A stretch of 64,000 nucleotides of DNA from Selaginella moellendorffii. Taxonomy: Eukaryota; Plantae; Lycopodiophyta. The position numbers and the translations under genes were made by a program. Of this stretch, positions 46,466 through 57,485 are shown piece by piece. The DNA lies in NCBI RefSeq assembly GCF_000143415.4, contig NW_003314358.1, positions 258,731 through 322,730 on the forward strand, read 5' to 3'. Positions within the stretch are counted from its first letter, which is position 1. The number at the start of each line of letters is the position of its first letter. Under the pieces are notes generated by a model. It did not search any database and was not told where the DNA came from. It saw only the letters and a list, made by a program, of their open reading frames with translations.

Positions 46466-48904
46466 ATGGCGGTTTGCTCTTTCGTGATTCTCCTGATGAT
46501 TGGTGCCGTTACTCCATCGTTTACGCAGGATCAAGGCGCAGCGCCCCTCAACTCGACATGGATACTCGACGGCTCCTCGTCGCGCATTGTCCTCTCAGTG
46601 CCCGATGCAAACTTCCCAGTTTTCGCCGGCTTTCTCCCTACTTGCGACCACTGCCCCAGGCCCCGGTACTACTTCTCGGTCTTCTTCCAGGATCCGAGCT
46701 CCAACCGGAGCACGCAGGTTGTATGGCGAGCAGGCCTCCCGATTTCCGAAGGTGGTATGCTCAGCTTGACCGCAGATGGAAACTTGGTGCTATACAGAGA
46801 TGGCCAAGCGAAGAGTCCGGTGTGGTCGACAGGCACCGCCAGGAAAGGAGTCTTAGAAATGAGGCTAGACTATACCGGCAACTTGGTGCTCAACAAGGCC
46901 AACTATGATGGCACCGCCTGGCAGAGCTTCCGGAACCCGACCGACGCGCTGCTGCCGACGCAAAATCTAGAGTCAGGAACGAGCATGGTTTCTAACAGCG
47001 TCCAAGAGGCGGAGGGGTTCCAAGGCTACTTCACGCTCGAGGTGAGAGTCTCGGAAATAGTGATGACCGCCCAGGCGCCGGTGGCGCCTCAAATCTACAA
47101 ACTGTGGAGAAATCCGAGTAGCCTCGACGTGGGCGACATGTCTCTCGAGTCTGGCTGCCAGCTCAAGATCTACACCACAGACGGGCAGCCCTGCTGGTCG
47201 ACGCCATCTTTTTGTACCGACTCGACAACGCTGGAGGTGCTGAGGATACACCCCGACGGGAGTTTGCGCTATGACAACCAGCCCGAAAGAGCCTCGGTGT
47301 ATCTCAACGCGTTGCTCTTCAATGACGTAGAGGGTGTAAGCATCGGGGCTTGCGGGAAGAAGAGCGTCTTCGACGTGGAAACCAGGAAGTGTGGCTGTCC
47401 GCTGCTACAAGGCGAGAGATCATACTTCCAGCAGATTGATCCGGCCGATGCTTCCAAAGGGTGCCAGCCTTGGGAGCCGGAGGACCCGTGTGATGGACTG
47501 TATAACTCGTCAAATCACGTCATGCTCCAAGCGGCTGGCTTCTACAACTACGCGCCGCTGCGATTCATGGCAGCCAACGAGGGAGACTCGTGCGTGAGCT
47601 CCTGCTTGGAGGACTGCGCTTGCAAGGCGGCGTTTGTCTCTAGCAACTCGTCCGCGACGTGCTTCCGAGTGACCGAGTTCTACACGCTGCGCGGCAGCAG
47701 CTACAACACAACGCCCTCCTTCAAAGCGTTTCTCAAGGTTGAACAGAAGAGGCCATCCGCTCCGGAGATAATCACCAAGCCTCAAGTCAGACCTCATACC
47801 GGCGGCTGGAGCTCCAACGTCCAAGCCATCCTCATTGGCGTCTTCGTGCTGCTCTTGGCGATGGCGACGACAATGGTGACGTTCATCACTTTCTACTGGA
47901 AGAGAGCTAGCGACGCTGTGGACCAGAGCCAGGCTTTGTCGTCCGAGCTACCTCGGCCCTTCTCCCTGCACGAGCTGGAGGTGGCGACCGAGAAGTTTAG
48001 CAGGGAGATCGGGAGCGGGGGATTCGGCTCGGTCTTCGAAGGTGTTCTTGCAGACGGGAGCCGGGTGGCTGTGAAGCGCGTGAGCGACTCCAGGCAAGTC
48101 CACAAGTTGTTTGAAGCCGAGGTGGTGGCCATCATCAGCATCCACCACAAGAACTTGGTGCGGCTCCGGGGATTTTGCTGCCCGAACTTGCTCGTCTACG
48201 AGTTCGTCGCCAATGGTTCTCTCGACCGGTGGCTGTTTGATGACGACAAGTTCCTGGACTGCGATGCCAGATACTCGATCGCTCTCGACATCGCTCGGGG
48301 ACTGTCCTACCTCCACGACGGATGCCGGACGAGGGTGCTACACTTGGACATCAAGCCGCAGAACATACTCCTGGACGAGAAATTTCGAGCAAAGATCTCC
48401 GACTTTGGGCTCTCGCGGCAAGGCGAGCTTCAAGCGGTGGACGAGATGATCATCCGGGGGACTCCGGGATACATGGCTCCGGAGTGGCTCCACTTCCAGA
48501 TTAGTGACAAGCTCGACACTTACAGCTTTGGAGTGGTGGTGCTGGAGATGGTCACTGGCAAGCCTGCGTGCTCTCCTTGCGGGTCGAAGTTCCTGGCTGG
48601 AGGAGTTCTTGAGATGTCTCAAAAAAGTCCAGTAGTGGAGATCATGGACAAGAGGATGAACTTTTCTTCACAATGCTTCAAGAAGATGGAGAAGCTGCTG
48701 AGAATTGGATTGTGGTGCGTCCAGAGTGATCCCGGCCAGAGACCATCGATGGGATACGTCACGAAAATGCTGGAGGGATCCTTGGAAACGGTGGACGCTC
48801 CTCCAATCCCTCCCAAATCTCGCGCCGGGAAGGAGGAGGCAATCGACATGAGATCGTGCTCTTTGAGTGACATTGTGAGAGTTCATGTAGATCAACGGCT
48901 GTAA
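46466..48904 (+). CDS. G-type lectin S-domain receptor-like kinase 1 (B-lectin, EGF/PAN, TM, non-RD kinase)
   Basis: Signal peptide; 'DGNLVLY…VWSTGT…WQSFRNPTDALLP'; 'CLEDCACKA'; TM; GSGGFG, VAVK, HLDIKPQNILLD, DFG, GTPGYMAPE. Intronless. Confidence 0.95.
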   Translation: MAVCSFVILLMIGAVTPSFTQDQGAAPLNSTWILDGSSSRIVLSVPDANFPVFAGFLPTCDHCPRPRYYFSVFFQDPSSNRSTQVVWRAGLPISEGGMLSLTADGNLVLYRDGQAKSPVWSTGTARKGVLEMRLDYTGNLVLNKANYDGTAWQSFRNPTDALLPTQNLESGTSMVSNSVQEAEGFQGYFTLEVRVSEIVMTAQAPVAPQIYKLWRNPSSLDVGDMSLESGCQLKIYTTDGQPCWSTPSFCTDSTTLEVLRIHPDGSLRYDNQPERASVYLNALLFNDVEGVSIGACGKKSVFDVETRKCGCPLLQGERSYFQQIDPADASKGCQPWEPEDPCDGLYNSSNHVMLQAAGFYNYAPLRFMAANEGDSCVSSCLEDCACKAAFVSSNSSATCFRVTEFYTLRGSSYNTTPSFKAFLKVEQKRPSAPEIITKPQVRPHTGGWSSNVQAILIGVFVLLLAMATTMVTFITFYWKRASDAVDQSQALSSELPRPFSLHELEVATEKFSREIGSGGFGSVFEGVLADGSRVAVKRVSDSRQVHKLFEAEVVAIISIHHKNLVRLRGFCCPNLLVYEFVANGSLDRWLFDDDKFLDCDARYSIALDIARGLSYLHDGCRTRVLHLDIKPQNILLDEKFRAKISDFGLSRQGELQAVDEMIIRGTPGYMAPEWLHFQISDKLDTYSFGVVVLEMVTGKPACSPCGSKFLAGGVLEMSQKSPVVEIMDKRMNFSSQCFKKMEKLLRIGLWCVQSDPGQRPSMGYVTKMLEGSLETVDAPPIPPKSRAGKEEAIDMRSCSLSDIVRVHVDQRL

Positions 48905-49049
48905 TTCAAATGGGAAGCTCGCGCCATATTATCGACGGCTGTATGCGCTCGAGCTTGGTGCAATCCGGTAGTGGCATAATCTCGCCATTTGGATTTATGG
49001 CGCGGCAGGAAATCCATTGGGAACTGATGACAAGCGCACGGCATTTGTT

Positions 49050-50000
49050 TGACGATGGAGTCCCTCTGCAGAGTTTTTGGTGGTATGAGCGTAGTTGCCG
49101 ACGGATCTGGCCTTGGGCGGTTGGAATTCTTTTTTTTTTTCAGATGGCCGTCGGTGTGGTGGTTGTATTCCTTCGAAAAGAGCTATCAGCGGAATACTAA
49201 TGTTTGGTTGACGGAAATCGACCAACTTGTCGCATTCTTCGCAAAAACTATTTATTTTTCCTTCCATACATGATTTGCTGAAAACTAAAGCAGGTCCAAC
49301 CGTGGAAGTTGGACCAGGTTAAGAAGTTATAAATCTCTCGACGGCCAACTATCTGGGATTTGTCGGTCAGGAAACGAAAAGCGTAGGTTTTGTGTTTTTG
49401 TGTAAGACTTACCTTGCCAGTTTCTTGAATCGAATCATGTTTTTTTGCAAGCGATGGGGATTTAATCATAGCGTAAGTGGTTCATCGTGGGATTTGCTTT
49501 CTAACGTTTTCTGTAGTTCAGTGATGAGGAGGGGTCGGCACCATCAAGTATTTGATATTGGAGCTTTATGGTTTGTGTTGATAATTAAATTGGCACCTTT
49601 GCACAAGATTGTATGAGGGGCATTTTTTCCTCGTACTCACTCATTGATGAAAAGATTTTCTCAGCAGTTTTTGATTGTGCTTGCCAGTTAGTGGTTTCTC
49701 CCTGATTGAAATGATCGACATTGTAAGGACTGCAATGGGCACGTCTGTAAGAGTTTTCGATCATTAGGAACCTTTATCTCTAGCATAATGCTTCTCGCTG
49801 TCGTTACCTCCGTTCCTCGCTAGAGCAGCGCGATCGAGGAGGATCCAAGTGTGCTGCTAGGATCGTTTCACGCTGATGCTGCTTGTTTACAAACCATCGT
49901 GGATGAGGTATTATGAATAATCCGCCTTTCTCTTGGTTGATTGGAATAGGAAATCTTACTCATGTTTTCTCTCTATTGTCGATCCACGGATCAAGGTTTC
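49050..50000 (+). pseudogene. Degenerate LCB1 copy
   Basis: Collinear, heavily deleted matches to 52997-54990 (e.g. AAAAGAGCTATCAGC, AAGTTATAAATCTCTCGAC, TAGGATCGTTTCACGC). Confidence 0.85.
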
Positions 50001-50428
50001 TGAAAGCGACGGCAAAGTACTTCCCTTCATAGCTTTGTGTGCCTGTTGGTAACTTGGTTTCAAACATATCTTCACACTTTTCAGAAACACATAAAAGGTG
50101 AATATCTTTGTCTCATGTATTCTTTTGGCCTGAGCAGCTTTCTCTCTGTCTCATGTATTACTTTAGCCCGATGAACTTCATTCCCTGGAACTTCGGGTTC
50201 CTTTCTGAAACAAGTAATCTTCATGATCCAAGAACTATTTCTTCGCAAGCGTATAAATCTTCATACCGAGCCAAATGCTAGTTGGAGGTATAAATCTGCG
50301 CTCTTTGGAATCCAAATTATATGCCTCGGTTCTAAAGAAATGTTTCCATCACGCGACTGAAGCACCTATGCTTCTCCCTTGTCCGAAGGCGCTCGAAAGA
50401 AAGTATCTGCTCAGCAACTTTACAACTC

Positions 50429-52885
50429 ATGGCGGTTTGCTCTTTCATGATTCTCCTGATGATTCGTGCAGTTACTCCATCGTTTACGCAGGATCAAGGC
50501 GCAGCGCCTCTCAACTCGACATGGATACTCGACGGCTCCTGGTCGGGCATTGTCCTCTCGGTGCCCAATGCACAGTTCCCAGTTTTCGCCGGCTTTCTCC
50601 CCACTTGCGACCACTGCCCCAGGCCCCGGTACTACTTCTCGGTCTTCTTCCAGGATCCGAGCTCCAACCAGAGCGCACAGGTGGTATGGCGAGCAGGCGT
50701 GCCGGTTTCTGAAGGTGGTATGCTCAGCTTGACCGCAGATGGAAACTTGGTGCTATACAGAGATGGCCAAGAGAATAGTCTGGTGTGGTCGACAGGCACC
50801 GCCAGGAAAGGAGTCCTAGAAATGAGGCTAGAGTCATCGGGTAACTTGGTGCTCAACAAGATACACTATGCTAGCCCTGCCTGGCAGAGCTTCTGGAACC
50901 CGACCGATTCGCTGCTGCTGCAGCAAGAGCTGAAGTCAGGAATGGCCATGGTTTCTAATAGCGTCCAAGAGGCAGAGGGATTCCAAGGCTACTTCACGCT
51001 CGAGGTGGGGACTTCGGGAATAGTGATGACAGCTGAGGCGCCGGTGTCGCCTCAAATCTACAAAGTGTGGAGCAATCCGAGTAGCCTCAACGTGATCAAG
51101 ATGACTCTCGACTCTGGCTGCCAGCTGAAGATCTACATGACAGACTGGGAGCCCTTCTTGACGACGCCACCTTTTTGTATCGACTCGACAACGCTCGAGG
51201 TGCTGAGGATACACGCCGATGGGAGTTTGCGCTTCGACAACCAGCCCAAGATGGCGTCGGTGAATCTCAACGCTTTGCTCTTCAATGACGTAGAGGCTGT
51301 AAGCATTGGGGCTTGCGGGAAGAAGAGCGTCTTCGACGTGGATAACAGAAAATGTGGCTGTCCGCTGCTGCAAGGCGAGAGATCATACTTCCAGCCGGTT
51401 GATCCCGCTGATGCTTCCAAAGGGTGCCAGCCTTGGGAGCCGGAGGGCCCGTGCGACGGGCAGTATATCTCGTCCAAGCACGTCATGCTCCAAGCATCTG
51501 GCTTCTACAACTACGCGCCGCTGCGGTTCATGGCAGCCAACGAGGAAGAGTCGTGCGTGAGCTCGTGCTTGGAGGACTGTGCTTGCAAGGCAGCGTTCGT
51601 CTCCAGCAACTCGTCCGCGACGTGCTTCCGGGTGACCGAGTTCTACACGTTGCTCGGCAGCAGCTACAACACGACGCCGTCGTTCAAAGCGTTTCTCAAG
51701 GTTGAAAAGAAGAGGCCATCCGCTCCGGAGATAATCGTCAAGCCTCAAGTCAGACCCCATACTGGCGGCTGGAGCTCCAACGTCCAAGCCATCGTCATTG
51801 GCGTCTTCGTGCTGCTCTTGGCGATGGCGACGACAATGGTGACGTTCATCACTTTCTACTGGAAGAGAGCTAATGACGCTGTGGACCAGGGCCAGGCTTT
51901 GTCGTCCGAGCTACCTCGGCCCTTCTCGCTGCACGAGCTGGAGGTGGCGACCGAGAAGTTTATCAGGGAGATCGGGAGCGGGGGATTCGGGTCGGTCTTC
52001 GAAGGTGTTCTTGCAGACGGGAGCCGGGTGGCCGTGAAGCGCGTGAGCGACTCCAAGCAAGTGCACAAGCTGTTTGAAGCCGAGGTGGTGGCCATCATCA
52101 GCATCCACCACAAGAACTTGGTGCGGCTCCGGGGATTTTGCTGCCCGAACTTGCTCGTCTACGAGTTCGTCGCCAATGGTTCTCTCGACCGCTGGCTGTT
52201 TGATGACGACAAGTTCCTGGATTGCGATGCCAGATACTCGATCGCTCTTGACATCGCTCGAGGACTGTCATATCTTCACGACGGATGCCGGACGATGGTG
52301 CTACACTTGGACATCAAGCCGCAGAACATTCTCCTGGACGAGAACTTTCGAGGGAAGATCTCAGACTTTGGGCTCTCGCGGCAAGGCGAGCTTCAAGCGG
52401 TGGACGAGATGATCATCCGGGGGACTCCGGGATACATGGCTCCGGAGTGGCTCCACTTCCAGATTAGCGACAAGCTCGACACCTACAGCTTTGGAGTGGT
52501 GGTGCTGGAGATGGTCACTGGCAAGCCTGCGTGCTCTCCTTGCGGATCGAAGTTCCTGGGTGGAGGAGTTCTCGAGATGTCTCGAAACAAGCAAGTCGCG
52601 GAGATCATGGACAAGAGAATGAGCTTTTCTTCGCAGCAATGTTTCAAGAAGATGGAGAAGCTGCTGAGAATTGGATTGTGGTGCGTCCAGAGTGATCCTG
52701 GACAGAGACCATCAATGGGATACGTCACGAAAATGCTGGAGGGATCCTTGGAAACGGTGGACGCTCCTCCAATCCTTCCCAAATTTCGAGCCGGGAAGGA
52801 GGAGGCCATCGACATGACATCGTGTTCTTTAGAGTTCATGTGCATCAACGGCTGTAATTCAAATAAGGACGCGCGCGCCACATGA
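50429..52885 (+). CDS. G-type lectin S-domain receptor-like kinase 2 (recent tandem paralog of RLK1)
   Basis: 818-aa ORF with the same architecture; kinase domain nearly identical to RLK1. Confidence 0.95.
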   Translation: MAVCSFMILLMIRAVTPSFTQDQGAAPLNSTWILDGSWSGIVLSVPNAQFPVFAGFLPTCDHCPRPRYYFSVFFQDPSSNQSAQVVWRAGVPVSEGGMLSLTADGNLVLYRDGQENSLVWSTGTARKGVLEMRLESSGNLVLNKIHYASPAWQSFWNPTDSLLLQQELKSGMAMVSNSVQEAEGFQGYFTLEVGTSGIVMTAEAPVSPQIYKVWSNPSSLNVIKMTLDSGCQLKIYMTDWEPFLTTPPFCIDSTTLEVLRIHADGSLRFDNQPKMASVNLNALLFNDVEAVSIGACGKKSVFDVDNRKCGCPLLQGERSYFQPVDPADASKGCQPWEPEGPCDGQYISSKHVMLQASGFYNYAPLRFMAANEEESCVSSCLEDCACKAAFVSSNSSATCFRVTEFYTLLGSSYNTTPSFKAFLKVEKKRPSAPEIIVKPQVRPHTGGWSSNVQAIVIGVFVLLLAMATTMVTFITFYWKRANDAVDQGQALSSELPRPFSLHELEVATEKFIREIGSGGFGSVFEGVLADGSRVAVKRVSDSKQVHKLFEAEVVAIISIHHKNLVRLRGFCCPNLLVYEFVANGSLDRWLFDDDKFLDCDARYSIALDIARGLSYLHDGCRTMVLHLDIKPQNILLDENFRGKISDFGLSRQGELQAVDEMIIRGTPGYMAPEWLHFQISDKLDTYSFGVVVLEMVTGKPACSPCGSKFLGGGVLEMSRNKQVAEIMDKRMSFSSQQCFKKMEKLLRIGLWCVQSDPGQRPSMGYVTKMLEGSLETVDAPPILPKFRAGKEEAIDMTSCSLEFMCINGCNSNKDARAT

Positions 52886-52996
52886 TCGACCGCTAGGATT
52901 ATTTCTTGAGATAGACGGCTGCGATAGACGGGTGAAATTTCGTTTTTTTGAATTTTATTTGGAGACATTAGGGCTTTTGTTAGGGGTTGGGCGACG

Positions 52997-55142
52997 ATGG
53001 AGGTGTGGCAGTCGCTCTGGGAGGCGCAATTGGGGGATGCTGTGGTTTTTGGAGTTCGATTTGGAGGTATGAGCACAGATCTGTGTTTCTGGCGATTAGA
53101 ATTAGTCGTGGTACTTGTTTTTCAGCTATGATTCGCAATGGGTGTCTTTGAACAGGACATTTGATCGTCGAAGTCGTACTCGCTGTGGTGATTGTATTCC
53201 TTCTTTTCCAAAAGAGCTATCAGCCGGCAAGCAGGCCATTGTCTGAGAAAGTAAGAGAAGGCTCGATTTTTTATTTTTTATTTTTCTACAGTACTAATGT
53301 TTTGGTGAAGGAAATCGACCAACTTGTGGAAGAATGGACTCCAGAGCCTTTGCATCCGCCAGTTACCAAAGAGATGACACCGCCATATCCGGTTCTAGAG
53401 AGGTACTCATCTTCGCAAAACTAGATTTTATTTTTCTGTGTCTTTCTTCTTCTTTATACACGATTTGCCGAATGGAACCAAACTAAATGCCTTCATGGTT
53501 CAGTGCAGCAGGTCCAACTGTGCAAATAAATGGCAGGAAAGTTATAAATCTCTCGACAGCCAACTATCTGGGATTCGTTGGCGATGAAAGGATCAAGGTA
53601 TGGCAAAATGAGAAAGAAAAAGCGTATTATGTTTACTTCTGTTTTCACTGTGTGACTTGTAGGAATCCTGCAACGCTACTTTGCTGAAGTATGGCGTTGG
53701 AGCATGCGGTCCGCGTGGTTTTTATGGCACCATTGGTCAGTGTGAAATTTACTTTGCTCTTAATGTCCAAGGTTGCTTATTATGTTTGTGTTTTTTTGTA
53801 GATGTGCACCTAGACTTGGAGACAAAAATTGCCAGTTTCTTAGGAACGTCCGAGTCAATTCTTTACTCCTATGGCCTCGCAACCGCTGCGAGTTGTATTC
53901 CTGCCTTTTGCAAGCGCGGGGATATAATTATAGCGTAAGTGGTCCATGTCGTGGGATGCTTTTCTCTAAAGTTTTCTGTGGTGCAGTGACGACGGTGTGA
54001 GCTGGGGGATCCAGAATGGCCTGCATCTTTCTCGAAGCACCATCAAGTATTTCAGACACAATGATATGGGGTCCCTGGAAGCCCGTTTGAAAGAAGTTCG
54101 AAAAGAAGACGAGCGAAAGAAGAAGCCCTTGAATCGTCGTTTCATCGTTGTGGAGGCTATTTACCAAGTAAGGTTTTTGGTTCGTGTCGGATGATTTTGC
54201 GATAATTTGCTCTACAGAACTCGGGTAAATTGGCACCGTTGGGCGAGATTGTACGCCTGAAGGAGAAGTATCTCTTCCGGTTACTCGTTGATGAAAGTAA
54301 CTCTATTGGAGTGCTTGGAAAATCAGGACGAGGCATTTCTGAGCATTTCAACATTCCGGTATGCTTTTCCTCAGCGGACTTTGATTGTGCTTACCAGTCA
54401 GTCGTCTCTCCCAGATTGAAAAGATCGATATTATAACAGCTGCGATGGGCACGGCATTCGCTTCGGCCGGGGGATTCTGTACTGGCAGTGCAAAAGTTGT
54501 CGATCATCAGGTATCTTTATGTTTTTGCTTCTATTAATGTGGATAACCGAAACATGACAAACAGCGCCTTAGCGGAGCAGGGTACTGCTTCTCGGCGTCA
54601 TTACCACCATTCCTCGCGACCGCGTCCATTTCAGCCATAGAGCTGCTCGAGGACGATCCAAGTGTCCTCGCCAGACTACATAACAACATCGCTCTTTTCC
54701 ACAAGTGTAAGCCTCTGTAGCTCTTCTTTCCACAAGGATCTTACGGATCTTACTATCCACGATTTTCTTCTTGACAGGCTTGTCGGACGTCTCCGGCATA
54801 AGGATAGGCAGCGACACACGCTCCCCGGTTGTTCTTCTCCACTTGAGACCCTCGCTAGGATCGTTTCACGCGGACGCTGCCTATTTACAAACCATCGCGG
54901 ACGAGGTATAGAAATCTTTTTCTTCGTTCCCTTTCCTTGCTTGAGGAGCTAAGCTAAACCATCATCCTCTTGTGTAGATGTTAGAGCACTCGGTCCTTAT
55001 GTCCGTCCAGAAACGCACTGCTTTGGATAACTGCGCGCTCCCTGCTGGTATCCGAGTGTGCATCTCGGCTGGGCACACCGAGTCGGATATAATTTCTGCG
55101 ACTGCGGTATTGAAGAAAGTTATGACCTCAAAGAAACAATAA
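52997..55142 (+). CDS. LCB1: Serine palmitoyltransferase subunit LCB1 (multi-exon)
   Basis: 'GHLIVEVVL…KSY…[14 protein letters not shown]', 'NLSTANYLG', '[23 protein letters not shown]', 'FRHNDM', '[12 protein letters not shown]', '[15 protein letters not shown]'. Confidence 0.95.
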
Positions 55143-55914
55143 TCAAATAACCAACATGGTAAACTTTGCAAGTATTACTGCAAAAGTCAAATTTTGTATC
55201 GACGAGTCAATGTGGTCAGCGGATCCAGACCGTTTGCTTTGTCGCAACGCCATTTTGCGAGACATCTCCAAATGGGCAAGAAAACACGAAGGCTTAAAGA
55301 ACTTGAATAAAACAATTTCCCGTTAACCAAAATTCACTTGTAGCTTGAAGGCGCACTTCAAAGTGAATTCTCGTCCGCTATGTAGAAACTAAAGCAAAAA
55401 AAATTTCTCAACATGGAGACGGCGATTTGGAAATGGTTCCGCAGATGGTCAACAGCAGAAACTTGGAGCCGAAAAAAGCGTTCCTTGGGTTTGAGTTTGG
55501 AAGTATGTGTTTAAAACTTTTCTATGTGCTCTAGATTCAGGCTTCACAAAGCAATGGAGAGAAGGAAAGAGGGCAAATGATGATCTCTTCGCTCGCCGTT
55601 CTCAACGCCTTGAATCGGACGAGGCTTGAAGGTACCTCGGGGGACAAATTGTCATTCTGATGGTCTTTCTCTTCCTGATTACAAGTACATATGATCACTT
55701 TCAGATGTTGTCTTTGTAGGATATTAATATCTGCGTAGTTCAATTCCAAGCTTAAGGGTGTAAAAACAATACTGCAAATTTATTAAGGTCATACTATTTC
55801 TGTTTGAAAGTCAACATATATGTTGACTTTGCAATACATTAACCGAAAAGAGACGGCACGCAAATCTTACAAAAAACTGAGCAGTACCGGCTCGAGCCTG
55901 GATCCCTTGTTTGA

Positions 55915-56720
55915 ATAGCCCAGCCAAACGACGAGCACGTCCGGATCGCAAAGCCAGAAACTAGTTCATCAAGGTGCCTACCTTAACTTCACTGAAGATG
56001 AGTTGAGCCTCTTCGCGCCTTTGGTGTACTCGGCTAGTCCCGTGTAGCAAAATCGAGATATCCTCTTCGACAGCAGCCTAAGATTTACAGCCCAAGCGGA
56101 ACGGTTCTTTTAGTCACGGTCTCCAGATGCTCAAGATTTCTCCCAGTGGGGAGCTCACTGGACAATGGGAGTTTATTCTCAATCCAAGCTTCAACGAGAA
56201 AACCTTGCCTGCGACTAAGGAAAAACGTAACATCTCTTTTCGCCATCAAAATGGTAAGACGAAGCTCGATCTGCATGAGGTCTCGAAGGGCGCGGTGTTC
56301 AGTTGCGAGAACAGGTATGCGGTGTTTTTGATCCGGAGCGATAAGGTCGTGGTGTGCACCCTCGATTGGGAGGGGACGGAGCAGTGGATGGCCGGGTCTT
56401 CGTGGGAGCTTGGGGAAGTGTCGGATCCAAAGTCCGAGTTTTTGTTTTGCAGCAACGAGGAGGACAAGATATGGGCGATTTGCTGCGAGAAGCCGCTGAT
56501 GCTCGAGTTTGACGTGACGACGTGCTTGTGGACGGACTTGAGTGGCTGCTTTGGTAGTCATAAGCGATTCGAAAGAGCAACGTTTGTCATAGAAAGAATG
56601 CCACCTTGGGGCTAAGAGCTGTTCAAGCTTCAAGGAGGAAAACATGCCTGCGACATAAGTGCTCCTGTCCAGAGTTGAAGAATAAGAAACTCCATGCAGT
56701 ATGTTTCCTCTGGCGAAAAA
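55915..56720 (+). pseudogene. Decayed ectodomain of an RLK3-like gene interrupted by a foreign (F-box/kelch-like C-terminal) fragment
   Basis: AGCCCAGCCAAACGACGAG, AAACTAGTTCATCAAGGTGC and ACTCCATGCAGTATGTTTCCTC match 57721-58475; the insert at 56218-56620 encodes an unrelated beta-rich segment. Confidence 0.75.
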
Positions 56721-57098
56721 TGTACTTCCTTCCTTGCCGATGATATCTATCGAAATGGTAAGACGCCCGGAAGTCTACTCATCCTGCCAAACTTGGATAC
56801 AAAGATCCTGTCATGGGAAACTTGTCGTGTCCATCCTGTTATGGAGGGGATTGGTACACCCCTCTCCGGCTCAGCCTTGGTCATCTCATTGCCACCGCTG
56901 CTGAAACAACGATTCCTCTCCTGGCCGGGCAGCGAGAGATTTCTCCAGAGAATCCGGGGACGAACATGGAGCTGGATCCGCGTTCTTGATGAGGAGACGA
57001 GGCGATTTGCCTCGCGTAGTCCTCCCACGTTTGCGATGCTGCCGTGGTACTTCTTTGGGTGGGAAGCGCCGCTTGGAACTTCTCTTGTGCTCACACTA

Positions 57099-57215
57099 GT
57101 CGTCAACTAGTGTTGACGACTCAAGCAAATTGGCGATTTTGTTCTCCTGAGATGAAATTACCATCTTTGACAGTGGAATTGACTAAGCGCACACTATAGT
57201 CAACAATGGTCAACT
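57099..57215. promoter_or_regulatory. W-box cluster upstream of RLK3
   Basis: TTGACT (57179), AGTCAA (57198), GGTCAA (57208), plus the inverted repeat GTCGTCAAC-TAGT-GTTGACGAC (57099-57120). Confidence 0.5.
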
Positions 57216-57485
57216 TAGACATTTTAAAAGACAGCTAGAAATTGGATGGCTGACCTTGAAAACATCAAGAATAAAGAAAGAAAGAAAGAAAAAACAAACA
57301 TTGCACATAAGAGACTCAGCTATTAGCGCAGTTCCTCACGAGATCACCAGGACGAACGAATTCCCTTGAAGTGCACGTAACGAAAAAAGAAATGGTCCTT
57401 GGAAAATCCCTCCGTCCGTCTCGTAAGAATCATCAAACGCGAAGAAAAGGGGAGATCTGCAAAGCTTCCGCCATTTCCATCAGCG

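Noticed and set aside
54511-54564. LCB1 intron starting GTATCTTT with a purine-rich 3' end, possibly U12-type
   Set aside because: The donor deviates from GTATCCTT and no clear TCCTTAAC branch point is visible
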